From assembly GCA_003971905.1 (NCBI GenBank), contig RSEE01000029.1:62001-126000 (forward strand): a stretch of 64,000 bases of DNA, written 5' to 3'. The DNA is from Moniliella sp. 'wahieum' (lineage: Eukaryota). Within the stretch, counting starts at the first letter, position 1. The number at the start of each line of letters is the position of its first letter. The notes under the pieces are model-generated. The model was not told the DNA's origin, made no database searches, and saw only the letters and a program-made list of their open reading frames with translations. The position numbers and the translations under genes were made by a program. Below, piece by piece: positions 63,475-64,000 of the stretch.

Positions 63475-63709
63475 GGCCGAATGAAGACAAGTTGAAATGT
63501 TTCTAGCGACGGAGATGATGATCAATCAACCAATCGACGATGGACCCAAGCTTGGCGTGGAAATTGAACAGCTTCAAGCTTCAAGCTCCCCCGCCTGATG
63601 GAGAAGAACGAGGTGCGATTTCAACGGCAGCAGCCTTCTCCGTCATCGCGTCACCGCCCTGCTCCATCTCCCTCCTCCCCACCTTCACCTTCTGCTGTGC
63701 TCGGGGTCC

Positions 63710-64000
63710 ATGGCAATGAGGACGCTGCACGTGGCATATCTGGGTCCGAAGGGCACATACTCCCACCAAGCCGCTGCAGAGGCCTTTGCCCCCCTCCAAG
63801 CCGGCGCTGCCGTGGACTTTTGCCGCGTGGGAACCATTGGTGAGGCCATCTCTTTCCTTGATGAGCCCCACATGCACGAGGAGGAAAGGTATTGTGTTGT
63901 GCCAATCGAGAACTCCATCTACGGACCAGTGAAGGAGACTATCCAAGCGCTTGAACTCTCGACTGCACCCCCCTGTCACCCTCCCAAAACGCCTACTTCC
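63710..64000 (+). CDS. PHA2: Prephenate dehydratase, 5' part (runs off the window; not in the ORF track)
   Basis: MAMRTLHVAYLGPKGTYSHQAAAEAF, then after an indel YCVVPIENSIYGPVKETI. Confidence 0.88.
   Translation, partial: MAMRTLHVAYLGPKGTYSHQAAAEAFAPLQAGAAVDFCRVGTIGEAISFLDEPHMHEEERYCVVPIENSIYGPVKETIQALELSTAPPCHPPKTPTS

Noticed and set aside
754..63587. Heptamer arrays as CRISPR arrays or as restriction-site linkers from cloning (HindIII, ScaI, StuI, BglII, MluI sites)
   Set aside because: There is no repeat-spacer structure and the genome is eukaryotic. The sites are embedded in diverged paralogous sequence and show mutational decay, so they look natural rather than synthetic.
2135..64000. 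Frameshifts in nearly all conserved genes (possible pseudogenes or programmed frameshifting)
   Set aside because: They affect essential genes (SNU114, RPC40, SMD2, EFB1) indiscriminately and often fall in homopolymers or short repeats, which is typical of unpolished long-read errors.

Overview
GC-rich fungal nuclear DNA, probably basidiomycete (inferred from intron style and protein sequences). It looks like an unpolished long-read assembly: almost every conserved gene has 1-nt indels, so CDS limits are approximate. Protein genes recognised: EF-1beta (with a U18-like C/D snoRNA in its intron), an RRM+YTH protein, an Mss116-like DEAD-box helicase, an amino-acid permease, a bacterial-type GH127 glycosidase, Isu1, a PPPDE/DeSI peptidase, hexokinase, peflin, a J-domain protein, Rpc40, Pus4, Snu114, a DHA1 MFS transporter, Prp17, SmD2, a Dpb11/Rad4-like BRCT protein and the 5' end of prephenate dehydratase. 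There are 7 tRNA genes. The 9.6-20.5 kb interval is a tRNA-flanked transposon graveyard. It holds a 4.97-kb TIR element with EnSpm/CACTA-like transposase remnants and a 7-bp flanking duplication (GT-TGA-TG), plus a CRE-like non-LTR retrotransposon relic. The most striking unexplained signal is in the intergenic DNA, which is full of 7-bp-period units that all follow one rule, xy-TNA-y'x' (TNA + 4-bp palindrome + TNA), in at least 14 of the 16 possible versions. Paralogous sequence pairs in the window indicate these units were inserted 7 bp at a time at non-palindromic NN-TNA-NN sites. This fits hairpin-type excision footprints of a transposon making a 7-bp target duplication, such as the element seen here; that mechanism is a hypothesis.
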